Below, piece by piece: positions 48,069 through 60,502 of a stretch of 64,000 nucleotides of DNA. This stretch comes from Rhynchopus sp. YZ270_cl-10 (Eukaryota). The notes beneath the pieces were generated by a model, which saw only the letters and a program-made list of their open reading frames with translations, was not told where the DNA came from and did no database searches. The DNA lies in assembly GCA_964035575.1 (NCBI GenBank), contig OZ037845.1, forward strand, positions 1,674,001 through 1,738,000, read 5' to 3'. The first letter of the stretch is position 1, and each line of letters opens with the position of its first letter. Both the position numbers and the translations under genes were made by a program.

Positions 48069-49901
48069 ATGTGGGTGTTGCGCACCCTATATGTGCTGTG
48101 CAGTCTGTGCACAGCGTACGGGAAGCATGGCTTCCTTCAGGTGTCGAGCCTGACTGAGGTGGAGGCAGAGCGGATTACGACTGCGAACGGCCATCTGTAT
48201 CTCACCTCTGAGACTGCACGGGTGAAGGTGCTGAATGCGGGCCCCAAGTATAAGACGAAGCCGAACCCGCGCATTGTGGCGCACCTGAACACGACGGAGG
48301 GTGCGCTGCATGTGCACCATACACAGTACCACACATACGTGACGCAGGACTATGGCGTCGCGATCTACAGCGCGAAGCGCCCCTTCAAGAAGAAGGCGTA
48401 CCTGAGTGTTGCCAACGCAGTGCTTGCGGCCTCCGTCGATGATAAGTACCTCTACGTCTTCTGCACAACGGGGAACCCTGTCGAGACGCTTGCGATCCTC
48501 TTCGACACCGAGGCAATCACAGCGCCGGAGGAGACGGAGCGCCTGATCCTGAAGAAGGGCCGTGTCGTGCAGGCGACCGTGACGCGTGGTGCTGTGTTTG
48601 CAGGCACTAGCGAGGCGTACATCATGGTGCTCGACCCTTCGAACAAGGAGGCTAAGTACCAACTGCGCTCGTCCACGTCTACTGCGCGTGTGCCGTCCGC
48701 CATCACGTCCTTCCTCGAGTTCCTCTACGTCGGCATCGGGAACACCATGCGCGTCTACCTCTGTGCCATGTCCGAGATGGTGCAGGAGATGGCCAAGGTA
48801 AAGTTCGACTACCCCGTGGTGGACCTGCAGTGGTTCGGTGGGAACATCTACGTCGTCACCGAACGCCGCCTGCACGTCATCTGCGTGATGGACCCAGTCA
48901 AGCCCTTCCAGATCGGCGTGACGGACCTCGACAGCCAGCCCAAGAGCATCGCCGTCCTGAACGACACTGCGTGGATCGTCAACACCGCAGACGAGCTCTT
49001 CTCCATGCCTGCCGTCCCGCCGCCTTTAGAGGACGCAGATGCAAAGGACTCCATGACAGTCTACACCCCTACCCCGAAGTTGGAGCGTTCCAGCATCATC
49101 GCATTCCCACATGCAGAGTTCGAACCTGTTGAGACGCGTTCAGGCATGCCGGCGTGGCAGTACATCCTTGGAAGTCGTTTCAGCCACATCCCCGACTTCA
49201 TGATCTCAAGCACCATCCTCACTGCAGGGCGCAGCTTGACATTTGTCCCAAAGCACCGCTTCAAGGCAGGCACGCAGCTCAAGGTGAAGTGCAAGGATAG
49301 GATGTGCAACGTCTTCGTCCACGTCGAGCACTGCACCCCCTGCTCCACACAGACCAACGGCGGCCTGCCGGGTCTGCTCATTGCTGAGGGCTGGCACACA
49401 ACGACGTGCGCACCGACCTTCACGCTGTCCCCTACGGGTACCGAACACAAGATGCTTACGTTCCGTAAACAGTTCCGTGTCAACGAGACGAAGGAGATTG
49501 CGACGTTGACACACGACGGTGTGTTTGTTGGGGTGACCGTGGCAGAGGGGCGTGAGATGTGTGAGGAGATCACGAAGCAGAATGAGTGCGATGTGGGGAG
49601 TGTGATGTGTGCGTGGGACTACACGACGGGGGCGTGCATGCCACACATCCCTGACGAGGTGTGCAGGGACGACGTTGCCAAGTACAACGCAGGCCAGTGC
49701 CGCACCTGTGCACGCCACGAGCTAGCGGATATCGTGCAACGTGCCGAAGCTGACCTCGCACTCGAACGCGAGCTTGCCGAAGAAGAGGAAAAGGAACGCA
49801 AGGTCGGCGACACCACAGCCATGCGGCGCACCAAAAAGAAACTCAAAGCCCTCCGCGAACGCCGCGAGGAACAGCTACGCGAGCTTGAGGGCGCCGAGTA
49901 G
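48069..49901 (+). CDS. Secreted LVIVD-like beta-propeller protein with C-terminal Cys-rich domain (paralog B)
   Basis: Signal peptide MWVLRTLYVLCSLC. Shares WFGG, DP..PF..G, HCTPCS..NGGLP..L..EGW..C and the terminal Cys cluster with paralog A. Charged tail. Confidence 0.8.
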   Translation: MWVLRTLYVLCSLCTAYGKHGFLQVSSLTEVEAERITTANGHLYLTSETARVKVLNAGPKYKTKPNPRIVAHLNTTEGALHVHHTQYHTYVTQDYGVAIYSAKRPFKKKAYLSVANAVLAASVDDKYLYVFCTTGNPVETLAILFDTEAITAPEETERLILKKGRVVQATVTRGAVFAGTSEAYIMVLDPSNKEAKYQLRSSTSTARVPSAITSFLEFLYVGIGNTMRVYLCAMSEMVQEMAKVKFDYPVVDLQWFGGNIYVVTERRLHVICVMDPVKPFQIGVTDLDSQPKSIAVLNDTAWIVNTADELFSMPAVPPPLEDADAKDSMTVYTPTPKLERSSIIAFPHAEFEPVETRSGMPAWQYILGSRFSHIPDFMISSTILTAGRSLTFVPKHRFKAGTQLKVKCKDRMCNVFVHVEHCTPCSTQTNGGLPGLLIAEGWHTTTCAPTFTLSPTGTEHKMLTFRKQFRVNETKEIATLTHDGVFVGVTVAEGREMCEEITKQNECDVGSVMCAWDYTTGACMPHIPDEVCRDDVAKYNAGQCRTCARHELADIVQRAEADLALERELAEEEEKERKVGDTTAMRRTKKKLKALRERREEQLRELEGAE

Positions 49902-50186
49902 TGGGTAATGGGGGTGGGGATGGGGCTTTCAAACAAAGTTCGATTACACCAGAACGAACATCTATTTTTTTCCCTAGTAGAAAATGGGGTACCAGAGAGA
50001 GATCCCATATTTGTTTTGCTTTTGAGTTGACCAATTCCGAAGCATTCTGAGAAACACACACAGTAGCTTTTTTGCGATAACACACAGCGTCTCCCCTGCT
50101 CCATTTGTTCAAACCCTTCCCTCCTCACCACCACCAAACCCACCACCCTGCCAACAGTGGCCAACACATCGCCACAAAACGAACAT

Positions 50187-52862
50187 ATGTCAGACCCGCC
50201 TGTGGGGGTGCGTCAGGCGCAGATAGAGGATGAGTTGCTTCAGCTGCGTCGTGCGAGGGGGCTGCAGCAGCATGAGGTGAACACAATTGATGTTGACAGC
50301 ATTCGTGAGAAGGGTGAACGGCAGCTGCAGAGGGCACGCATGATGAAGGACAGAACGCGGGCCACACCTGCAGCCATGGGCAGGCAGGATGCCAGGCAGG
50401 AGCCTGCTGCCATCCCGTCGCTGCTGAAGCCGCAGCACGTCGAGCCTCTCTGCCTGGGCGACACCGAGATGACGGAAGGCCTTGTCGTGTACGTGCGCGA
50501 CAACGCAGCACTCATTCAAAGCACCGCCACGTCGTCCATCGCAGACCGCACAAAGGACCTCTACTGCGGCGAGAAGGGGCGTGTCGTCAACTCCTACCCC
50601 ATGCTTGCAGAGGGGCAGCGAGGTGTCGACCTCAAGTTTCTTGACGGGGAGACGTATGTTTTTGCAATTGTTACAAAGTACATCTCACCAACCTTTGGTG
50701 AAGCATGCGGGACAATATGCTCATATTACCAACTTTTTTGTGGAGATGCGGGAGCTCCATCTTTCAAAAAATACCTCAATATTGCAGGCGTTTCTTCACG
50801 ATAGCGTGTCTAGAGCTGAAGCCCACGAAGCAAGAACCACAGCAGCGCGGCCCTCCACGTGTCGCAATGCTGAAGCCGAAGACGGCAAGCAAAACAGAGG
50901 ACAGAGAAGGTGCACCTGCCCACGCACCCAAGGCACGCATCGAGGTGCCTGAGAAGGAGGCGAAGGAGCGCACCGAGAAGGGTCCCCTCAAGCCTGCACG
51001 CGATGCAGCAAAGTCGCGTTCGAAGTCGGCCATCACACCGTCGAGTGCGAACACAGCACCCCTGCTGGCAGCCCCAGTTGCCCCTCCTGTGGTTGGGCAG
51101 AAGCTGAAGATCAGCCTCAATGGGAAGACCGTGCAGGTGACAGTGCAGTTCATCGGCACCACCGAGTTTGCTCCTGGCGAGTGGGTAGGGCTTGTTCTCA
51201 GCACACCGGACGGCAAGGTATGACGCAGCACCTTTCATGTTCACTTACTACTCAAGTATCCCTACTTCTTTCACACACCTGTTTTTTTTTCAGAACGACG
51301 GTTCCGTCAACGGCATTCCGTACTTCACCTGCCAAGCTGGACACGGTCTGTTCCGTCGTGTTGCAGAGCTGACGGGGAGTCTGACGCCTACCAAGAAGAC
51401 GGAGACACCTCTGCCCAAGGTGGCAACGCAGGGGTCACGTGCACGACCGGCACCACGCCCTGTCATGTCCAGTACAACGCGTACCATCCGCCTCTGGGAG
51501 AACGGGCAGTACGGCTCCACGATCGATACAATCCCGTTCAAGAGCTTTGTGATCCGGCAGGTGCACAAAACACTGAAGAGTGTACTCATCTCGGCAACGC
51601 GCGAGCTGGGGTGGCACCAGATGAAGCGCAGTGTAGACTGCCTCTTCACGGAGGATGGAACGGAGGTGACGGACATTGCGGAGATCAAGGACGGGGTATG
51701 CCACCACCACATCACCACACCACCACCACACACTACATACCACACCACCACGACAGGAGAACCTCATCGCCTCCTGGGGCGACTCGTACATGGCACCCGG
51801 CGCACCGCTCCCAAAGATGGTCTGCAAAGAACGCCCAAAATGCGACACTGCAGAACCCACTGCCACGTCCCCCCTCGAGGCGACACCCACGAAAACGCCC
51901 ACCTCTGCCGCACGCAGGCCTGTGCCACGCTCGCCAGTGGCGTCGACACGCAGCGCAACCACTGCGGGTGGAGGGAACCGCCTAGTGAAGGTCTTCGAAA
52001 ACGATGTGTACGGGAGTCTCTGGAGCGACTCGGTCCCGTGCACAACAGTTACCATCCGGCCTACCTTCAAGACAGTGATGTCTGTGAAGACGATGCTCGC
52101 ACGGGAGCTGAAGTGGAACCAGTGCAGCAGGAAGGTCGACTTCATCTACAACACCTTGGGCCAGGAGATCACCGACGTAGGCAGCATCAGCAATGGCGAC
52201 GTTATCATTGCAAGTGCAGGCGATAGGTTTGTGAAGCCACACAGTGACCTTGCCGAACGCTTCCCACCGCCGAAGGTGTCGGTCCTCGAGCACAAGGCGG
52301 GGTGGGCCTCCAGCGATGTCGGGCCCACAGCAACCACAAGCGCACCTGAGGATACACTACCACCGTCGCCTGAGGCACAGGGTGCAAACCCGCCACTCAA
52401 CCTTGCACAGCTCAGACAGCAGCGTCGTGCGCCAGCAGCACGTGTTGCGTCGGGAGGTGCACGTACAGTGCCGTCACGTGGTGTACGTGTGCCCTCTGAG
52501 CCGCGCTTCACCGAAGAGGAGGAGGCAGAGATTGCTGCGGCAAGCCGTCCTGCCGTGCAGCCGGTTGTGGACATGGACACTGCTACGTCTGCTGAACTTG
52601 CAGAGATGGTGCGTGCCGATGCTGAGGAGACGCGTGCCTTCCTCGCAGGACAACGGGAACGCGAACGGCAGACAGAAGTGCAGTACGATGAGCCGCTTCA
52701 CGATGAGCCTGCTGTCGAAGAGCCCCCGAAGAATGAGACGCGTGCCGAAAGAATTGCGCGCCTAATGGTATGTGGTTGCATAAGGGCCAAATCATTTCGT
52801 TATTTACAAATCAAACAAAACACCACAAAACACAGGCTGAGATTGAGGAGCTTGACAAATGA
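50187..52862 (+). CDS. Microtubule-binding protein: CAP-Gly domain plus two doublecortin (DCX)-like domains
   Basis: FIGTTEFAPGEWVG...GKNDGSV...YF.C...GLF (the GKNDG motif is restored across the intron). Two RLWENG...LFTEDG..VTD..EI.DG-type repeats. Exons 50187-50653, 50788-51217, 51294-51695, 51757-52767, 52836-52862. Confidence 0.85.
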
Positions 52863-53470
52863 AAGAGCGCCAGACACCCCCCTTGATGGTCCCATCCCTA
52901 CACATATAGATAGAATACCCTTGTTCCTTCACCAGGGAGGGTCGTCTGTGCCGTTGTTGATATGTTATTAGATCTGTTATTTTGATTCTTTTTACGTGCC
53001 TACACCCAAGAGGTGTCTGCATGTTATCAAACTTTACTTTGTTTATGTACACCGAAGTTGTCAATAGTGTCAAGTGTCACATGCAACGAAGCCCCTGTTA
53101 AGTCAGGGGTGAGATGACAGGAGTTGTTTGCAATGTATAAAATATGGGGTGTCTTGTGCTCAAGTGCACATGCAAACAAAAAAAAAGCAAACCACAACAA
53201 AACCGATCCAACGATTTGAGTGAAAACCTTACGCACAACCAACAAAACAAAAAGAGGGCAGGCCAGAAACTTCTTATGTCGCTGATCTTCACAATCTTTG
53301 ATGGGGGCGGCCGTTTTTTTCTCTCTCCCTTACAAAGCATTTCTAGCCCTTTTTTCGGATCACAAATACGTGATCCTTGACAATCTGCCACAAGAAAAAC
53401 GAATATCATTTATTTGCTCCACCCCAATGCCCCCCCACCACCCCATACCCCCATACCACCCTACCAAAGT

Positions 53471-55773
53471 ATGAACCTAACAAGGCTACTCACCCGCCCC
53501 GTTAAGAGTGGGTCGCTTCTGCAGTTCAGGAGAAGCTCTGAAATGGGGTTTAATTACCCGAAGGCGACGCGAACGGATTTCGCGGAGGAGCTTCATGGGA
53601 AGACACATGCGGACCCGTACCGATGGATGGAGGACCCCGAGTCCGCAGAGCTGAAGCAGTGGGTGCGTGCGGAGAACGACGTGGCCGATGAGTACATCAA
53701 CAGATGCGATTTCAAGCCCGCCATGAAGGAGAAGATCACCGAACAGCTCGACTACTCCAAGCACAGCACGCCCTTCAAGCAGGGTGACTACTGGTACTAC
53801 TTCTACAACAGCGGTCTCCAGAACCAGTCCGTTCTCTACCAAAAAAAGGACATCTTCAGTAAAACCGAAGAGGCACGTGTCCTGATAGACCCGAATGAGC
53901 TGTCCTCAGAAGGCACTTCCTCCATCGCAGCGCTGTCGTGGTCGGACTCAGGTAAGTACCTCGCCTACAGCATCAGCAAGAAGGGCAGTGATTGGTCCAT
54001 TGGGTACGTCAAGAACTGCGAGACGCTTGAGGACACTGCAGACAAGGTCGAGTGGATCAAGTACAGCGGGCTCTCGTGGACGAAGGATGAGAAGGGTTTC
54101 TTCTACGGGCGCTTCCCCGTGCCCAAGATGGCGGAGGGCAACGCAGACGCCGACCTCGGCAGTGAGGCGGAGAAGTCTGAGGATCAGCGTCTCTGCTACC
54201 ACTTCATCGGCGACAGCCAGGACAAGGACACCGTCATCTACACCGACAAAAGCCAGCCCGACTTCATGTACAGCGCCTCTGTCACAGAGGACGGGAACTA
54301 CGTCGGCATCAGCGTCTCGGACGGCTGCAAGGCTGAGAACAAGCTGTGGTACATCGAAGTCGCCACAACAGACTTCCGCAACTTCGACCAAACAAGAGAC
54401 ATCAAGAAGCTCGTGGACGAGTTTGTGTGGTCCTACAGCATGGTCTGCAACGTCGGGTCACGCTTCTACTTCATAACCACAGAAAATGCGGGCAACAAGA
54501 AGGTCATCTCCATCGACCTCAACAAGCCAGATGAGAAGAAGGTTGAGATCCCCGAAGAGGATTCTGTCTTGGAGTGGTGTGAGCTTGGGTACAAGGGTAC
54601 GTTCTTCGTGGCGTACCTGAAGGATGTGAAGGATGTTGTGTACGTCAGCAACGTGAGCGACCTCTCGCAACGGAAGCAGCTTGACATCGACATGGGGTCG
54701 TGCCATATCTCCTGCAGCGAGCACCACCCCGACGTCTTCTACGCGATGTCGTCGTTCGGCTACCCAAAGAAGATCTTCCACTACAACCAGGACACGCAGT
54801 CACCCAACGACGCGACGCTCTGGCACGAGGACAAGATCAAAGGGTTCGACTCATCCCTCTTCACTGTTGACCAGGTCTTCTTCAACTCCAAGGACGGTAC
54901 CAGAATACCCATGTTTCTTGTACACAAGAAGGACATGAAGCGTGATGGCAACAACGTCACACTCATGTACGGGTACGGGGGGTTCCGTGTGAACGAAAGC
55001 ATTCGGTTCAGTGCGTCGCGTCTTGTGTTCCTGAACAACTTGAACGGTGTGTACGCGCAGGTGAACATCAGAGGTGGCTCTGAGTACGGAGAGAAGTGGT
55101 GGAAGGGCGGCTCCCTGAGGAACAAGATGAACTGCTACGATGACTTCATTGCGGCAGCAGACTGGCTCACCGAGAACAAGGTATGCTTTCCTTAATTTCC
55201 ATCCTTCCCAACCATATTCCCCCTTTTTTTTGCAACAGATTTCGTGCCCCGCAAAGATCGCGATGCACGGTGGATCCAACGGAGGCACCTTGGTAGCGGC
55301 GTGTGCGAATATTGCACCAGAGAAGTTTGGCTGCGGTGTTGCTGCTGTCGGTGTGATGGACATCCTCCGCTTCCACAAGTTCACCATTGGCGCAGCGTGG
55401 CGTTCTGACTTTGGTGATCCAGGTTTGTATTTTTTGTTGCCATGCCCATTCACCACACACGAATACAGATGTGAAGGACGACTTCGACTACATGATCCAG
55501 TACTCGCCGCTCCACAACATCAGCAGCTCGCGTAAGTACCCCGCAATGTTGTGCCAGACAGGTGATCACGACGACCGTGTCGCACCCCTCCACACCTTCA
55601 AGTACATCGCCGAGCTGCAGCACCAGTGTGGTGACCAGGACCGCCCACTCCTGACCAAGGTCGACATCGACGCAGGGCACGGAGGTGGCAAGCCCATCAG
55701 CAAAAGCATTGACGAGATTGTTGACCGTCTTTGCTTCATCGCAAATGCCTGCGACGCGACATGGACCGCTTAG
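53471..55773 (+). CDS. PREP: Prolyl oligopeptidase (S9A)
   Basis: [29 protein letters not shown] (Ser), DHDDRV (Asp), AGHG (His). Exons 53471-55180, 55239-55422, 55469-55773. Second in-frame ATG at 53543. Confidence 0.95.
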
Positions 55774-57343
55774 AACAGTGAAGAAGAAAAAAAACCAACC
55801 CTTCCCCCCCTGCCAGCGTTCCCCATCCATGTTATTTTTTTTTGTTCAACAAAAAAATAACGCAAAATAGTAATGGGGGAAAAACGGCGGCATCTACAAA
55901 ATGGCTGGGGTACTCTTATTAGATTTGTTGGGGGAGAGCACCCTTAGTATGAAGAAAGTATAAAAAAAAAGGTGGCACCTGCCAATCACAGTTTGGAAGA
56001 TGAGTTGGCAGAAAAACACAGAACCTAATCAGAACAAATAAAACGAACACAACGGGGCCTTCGGGGTTGCAGGCAGGAAAGGAACCCACCTTACGGAGCA
56101 AACCAATTGGTATTGCTGCACTTTTTATTTTTTATTTTTATTTTTTGCTTGCGCCGTTTCCAACCTATATTTTCCCTTGAACTTTTGAGAGATGTGTTCA
56201 TGGGCTCGTTCACCTTTCAAGTTTTCTTCCTTATTGCGAAGAAGGTTCTTGCTGCGAGTCTTATTCATCTTTTGGGGTTTTTTGAGTCTGCGCTTGAAAG
56301 CAATAACCTGACTGCAAGCGACAGTTTCGTGTGACGTATCTCCTCAAGGGTGTCTGCACGTCTTCCAAGTATTTTCTTTTGGTTTGTTTTTGTTGTTCGA
56401 TGGGTGTCGCATCCATCAAACAAAGGCCCCCTGAAAGGTACCCCAGGATGGCCCCCCTTTTTTTTCTCGTTTTTGCATTTTTGCCTTCGAAACAAGAACC
56501 CGAACATGACAAAACACCCCGTGTCTAACATTGAAACTTCAGAACTCATTTTGAACGTTACACTATTGTGAAAATAAGCTACACAGCCAAACAAAAAAAA
56601 GCAAAAAAAAATAAAAAACGGTGAAAAAAGAGCATCCCAACGGGGGGTGTCAAACGCTAACATACTACTTTTTTCGAAAGGGGGGAATGGAGGGGGGAAC
56701 CTGCTGACAGTCTAGCCTCTTTCGGGGTGACATTTTGTTCACATAACCTCTTTTTTGACAATGATTTTGACAAGATGATCTGATACTAAAAAAAAAGACT
56801 AAAAAAAAACAAATGGATAGTGCACAGTCAGTACGTGCAATGTTATCTATCGATGCTTCAAAAAGAAGCAAATAAGGTAATAGCGGAGGTTGTGAACATT
56901 GGTTGCAAAAATCTTCCTATTCCCTCTCTCTCTCTCGTACAAAAAAAAATTCATTTTAAAGGGGGAAAACATGAACCTATGAAGACCACATGTTTTCGCC
57001 CCCTCCTAGCAATGTGTTCCATAGGCCTCCTCCCACCCCCACCCCGAACCGGGTAATGATGTGTCTGGGGTATGTTTGCGATCTCATGACATCCCCCTTG
57101 CGGGGGAGGTCGACGTCGTTTGTCTAATTTAAAAATAAAGTGAATGTACCCCTTTTGTCCTTTACAAACCCCTCCCTTCAAAAGTGTATCAGCTGCGCAC
57201 CAGACGTTTTGATGTGGATGTGTGCACGAGAGGCACATTCGTTTTTTTTTTTTCAAGTTTTCTTTTATTTCGGATGAGAGTTTGTTGCCTATGCTCTGAG
57301 GGCGTGTATGACACTTCACCACATCCAGAAAACACTGCATACA

Positions 57344-60020
57344 ATGATGCTTCGGAGAGTAGCGAGGGCTGCTGCCACACAGGGGGCACGCCGCCATGTG
57401 GCCAACACCTCTGTATGTACCTCTGTCTGGTAGCTTGAACACTGCCTGCCATTTGCTTGTTATTCACCCCATTTTTACGACAGTCGCTGTTCCGTGCACC
57501 GCACGTCCGCGAAGTGCCTGAGAGAGGCGAGTCGGGAGGTCCCTCCGAAGTGTGGGAGACGTCCGCACCGATCTCCATTGAGGAGAGGAAGTCGCTTGAT
57601 GAGTTGCCGCACATCCAGGTATGACCGACACCGTACCACCACGCCACCACACACAACGCAGGAGCACGAGAACGACAAGGCAGCGTTCGTGATGCTCCAC
57701 GTGCCCGGACAGGAGATCGTGATGGGGTCGTACCACCCCTGTGGTGCACTGTTTGAGTGCACCATCAGTCTGAACCGTGCACGGGACTGCATCAGGCGGT
57801 TAAGGGAGCTCCTCGAGTCCGAGGGTGTGCCCGTGCGCAGTCTGGGAGAGGTCATGCGCATGGGACACTTCAGTGAGGACCGTGACCACCTCAAGCAGAT
57901 GGCCTCGAACTCCCTCACCTACTCCGTGCAGGAGAAGGATGAGCCCCACCTACAGGGCGAGGAGCTCCGCCTCACCAGCGAGGAGTACAAGAACGACGTT
58001 GTCGGAGGACTTGACGTCCGCGATTTGGTATGGAACAAAATAGGGGGTTGCCACACAATGCGTATTACAGGTTGACGTGGTCGTGACGCAGCCCACCGTC
58101 TACCTTGCAAAGAGCGGGAACAACACACCCCTTCAGTCGACTGGATACCGTTTCGAGCCGCTCTCCAACTTGGTATGTAGTCGGCATTTCCCTCCCCATT
58201 ACTTTTTTACTACCTTTTTACTAATTCTTCCCACAAAAATCACAGATCTTTACACGTGACCAGATGATTGTCACCGGACGTGGTGCCGTTCTGGCGAACC
58301 TCAACTCTGCACAGCGTGCACCTGAGGTCAACGTTGTGGAGTTCTGCCTGAAGAAGCTTGGCATCGAGGTCATTGGACACATCGAAGCGCCGGGCACGCT
58401 GGAAGGTGGTGACTTCTTCCCTGCGGGACGCGACCTGTGCTTCATTGGCATGGGCATCCGCACGAACGACTTCGCCATCCAGCACATGATGAAGAAGGAT
58501 ATGTTCGGGACCCGTCGTGTTGCCGTTGTGGCAGACTTGTTCGACAGAAACCAGGCACGCATGCACCTCGACTGCGTCGCCAACATTGCAAGCGACAACT
58601 GCTTCGTTGTGCGTGAGTCCATCCTCGGAAGGCTCAACCCCAAGCGTCGTGTTGTGACTGAGTACACAAAGACCGAAACCGGCAGCTACGAGATCAGTGT
58701 CGACGGCATGGAGTTTGGTGAGTACCTTGCGCTGAACGGGTGGAACGTGATCCCCGCCTCTGAGCAGATGGCAGACGACCTGGGCATCAACTTCATCAAC
58801 ATGGGTGAGGGACAGCTCATCTGCACTGACTCGGCCATGGCAGAGACCATTGAATCGTCCCCGCACTTCGAAGGCAAGGTGCACGTTCTTGACTACCGTG
58901 AGATCTGCAAGATGTACGGTGCCATCCACTGCACCACACAGGTGTTCAGAAAGGCACGCGCAAACTCGGACCAGCCCTCCACAGGTGTTATGCCTGCATA
59001 CAAGGCGCTGGTTGACACGACACACGTGAACGTGCACCACATCCCCGACGAGCACTCGCAGACGACGAACAACGTCCTCCTTGTTGCCCCGACGCAGTTC
59101 GGGCAGAACAACGAGACACTCTCCGACAACGACTTCATGAGCAGAGACAAGCGCTTTGCCCGCCACACCGACATCGACATCATCACCGCCGCCTGCGAGG
59201 AGTTCGAAGGTCTCTACAGCGGCCTCATCCGTGCGGGTGTCGGCATCAAGCTGTACCACCACGAACCCTACCACGGCACACCGGACGCATGCTTCCCCAA
59301 CAACTGGTTCTCCACACACAAGACTGAGAACGGGTCGGACCTTGTTCTGTACCCCATGGCACACCAGAGCAGAAGGAGGGAGAGACGCCCCGACATCCTG
59401 AAGTTCCTGAAGAGCCGCACCGACAACGTGTGCGACCTGACTGACCACGAGGACGACTACCGCTACCTGGAGGGCACAGGGAGCATGGTGCTCGACAGGA
59501 CACACCGCATCGCGTACGCAATCATCTCGTCGCGCACGAACCTTGAGGTGCTGAACAACTTCTGCACACGCATGGGATACACCGCACACCCGCTGTACAC
59601 GAAGGAGGGTGTCAACATGTACCACACGAACGTTATGATGAGTGTTGGAACCCACTTCGCGGTTATCTGCTTCGAATACCTGAGGAGTGCAGAGGACGTT
59701 ATGAAGCTGCAGAAGACCCTCAAGTCGACAGGAAAGAGCGTTGTGCCGATCTCTGCAGCACAGTGCGCGGACATGTGCGGAAACGTGCTCGAGCTGCGCG
59801 GCTCTGAGGACTCCTTCATTGCAATGTCCGACCGCGCATACAGAAACTACCGCCCCGAGCAGCTGTACACCCTCCTTCAGACGGTGGACCACATTGTGCA
59901 CCCCCAGTACGACACGATTGAAACGGTATGCAGCAAAAGCAACAACCCAAAAATAAAATATCCACACACACACAGCTTGCTGGTGGGAGCATCCGTTGCT
60001 CCATCGCTGAGCTCTTCTGA
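57344..60020 (+). CDS. Mitochondrion-targeted arginine deiminase fused to a CtlX-like (citrulline hydrolase/amidinotransferase) domain
   Basis: MMLRRVARAAA presequence. ADI motifs NLIFTRD, LEGGD, MHLD, YGAIHC. Second domain PDACFPNNWFS, LEGTGS, YHTNV, GGSIRC. Exons 57344-57412, 57484-57618, 57662-58027, 58071-58172, 58246-59925, 59976-60020. Confidence 0.88.
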
Positions 60021-60471
60021 ACGTAAAAGACGACCCCCTTTTTTTTGTTGCGCCGTTCTGTGCAAATAGACATGTAATTGTGGCCTTTGAAAAAAGATTA
60101 CCGATTCCCGCAGTCATGCTGTCAACAGCAGTGCTGGGGAGAGGTAGTATGTCCAGAACTGTGCGCGAGCTAAGAGAGCTTTTTATTCACGCCTCGCAGG
60201 GGCTGTTTCAGCAGCCTTGCGATATTTGTTGTTGTGATGTGGCACGTAGGGTGTATTTGAAAATGGGTGTGTATGTGTTCGTTATCATCTCTTTTGTGTC
60301 CTTTATTTTCCAACCGTTTTTATTATCAGCGGCCAACGGCCGTCACCCCCTTCCCCCCCTTCCCTTGTCACTCTAAATGCACACAAACAAACAAAAGTTA
60401 TCACAAAGGCGGATTGTCGCCATACAATTTATCAATGCATCTTGTACTTCAGGGTGAAGGCGCAGGTATTA

Positions 60472-60502
60472 AAGATGTGTGCACGAGAGGCACATTCATC
60501 TT
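60472..60502 (+). repeat. Dispersed GNRA hairpin, family B, perfect copy
   Basis: AAGATG-TGTGC-A-C[GAGA]G-GCACA-TT-CATCTT. Confidence 0.85.

Noticed and set aside
58240..60117. 625-aa minus-strand ORF
   Set aside because: Antisense shadow of the ADI fusion gene, with no motifs of its own.
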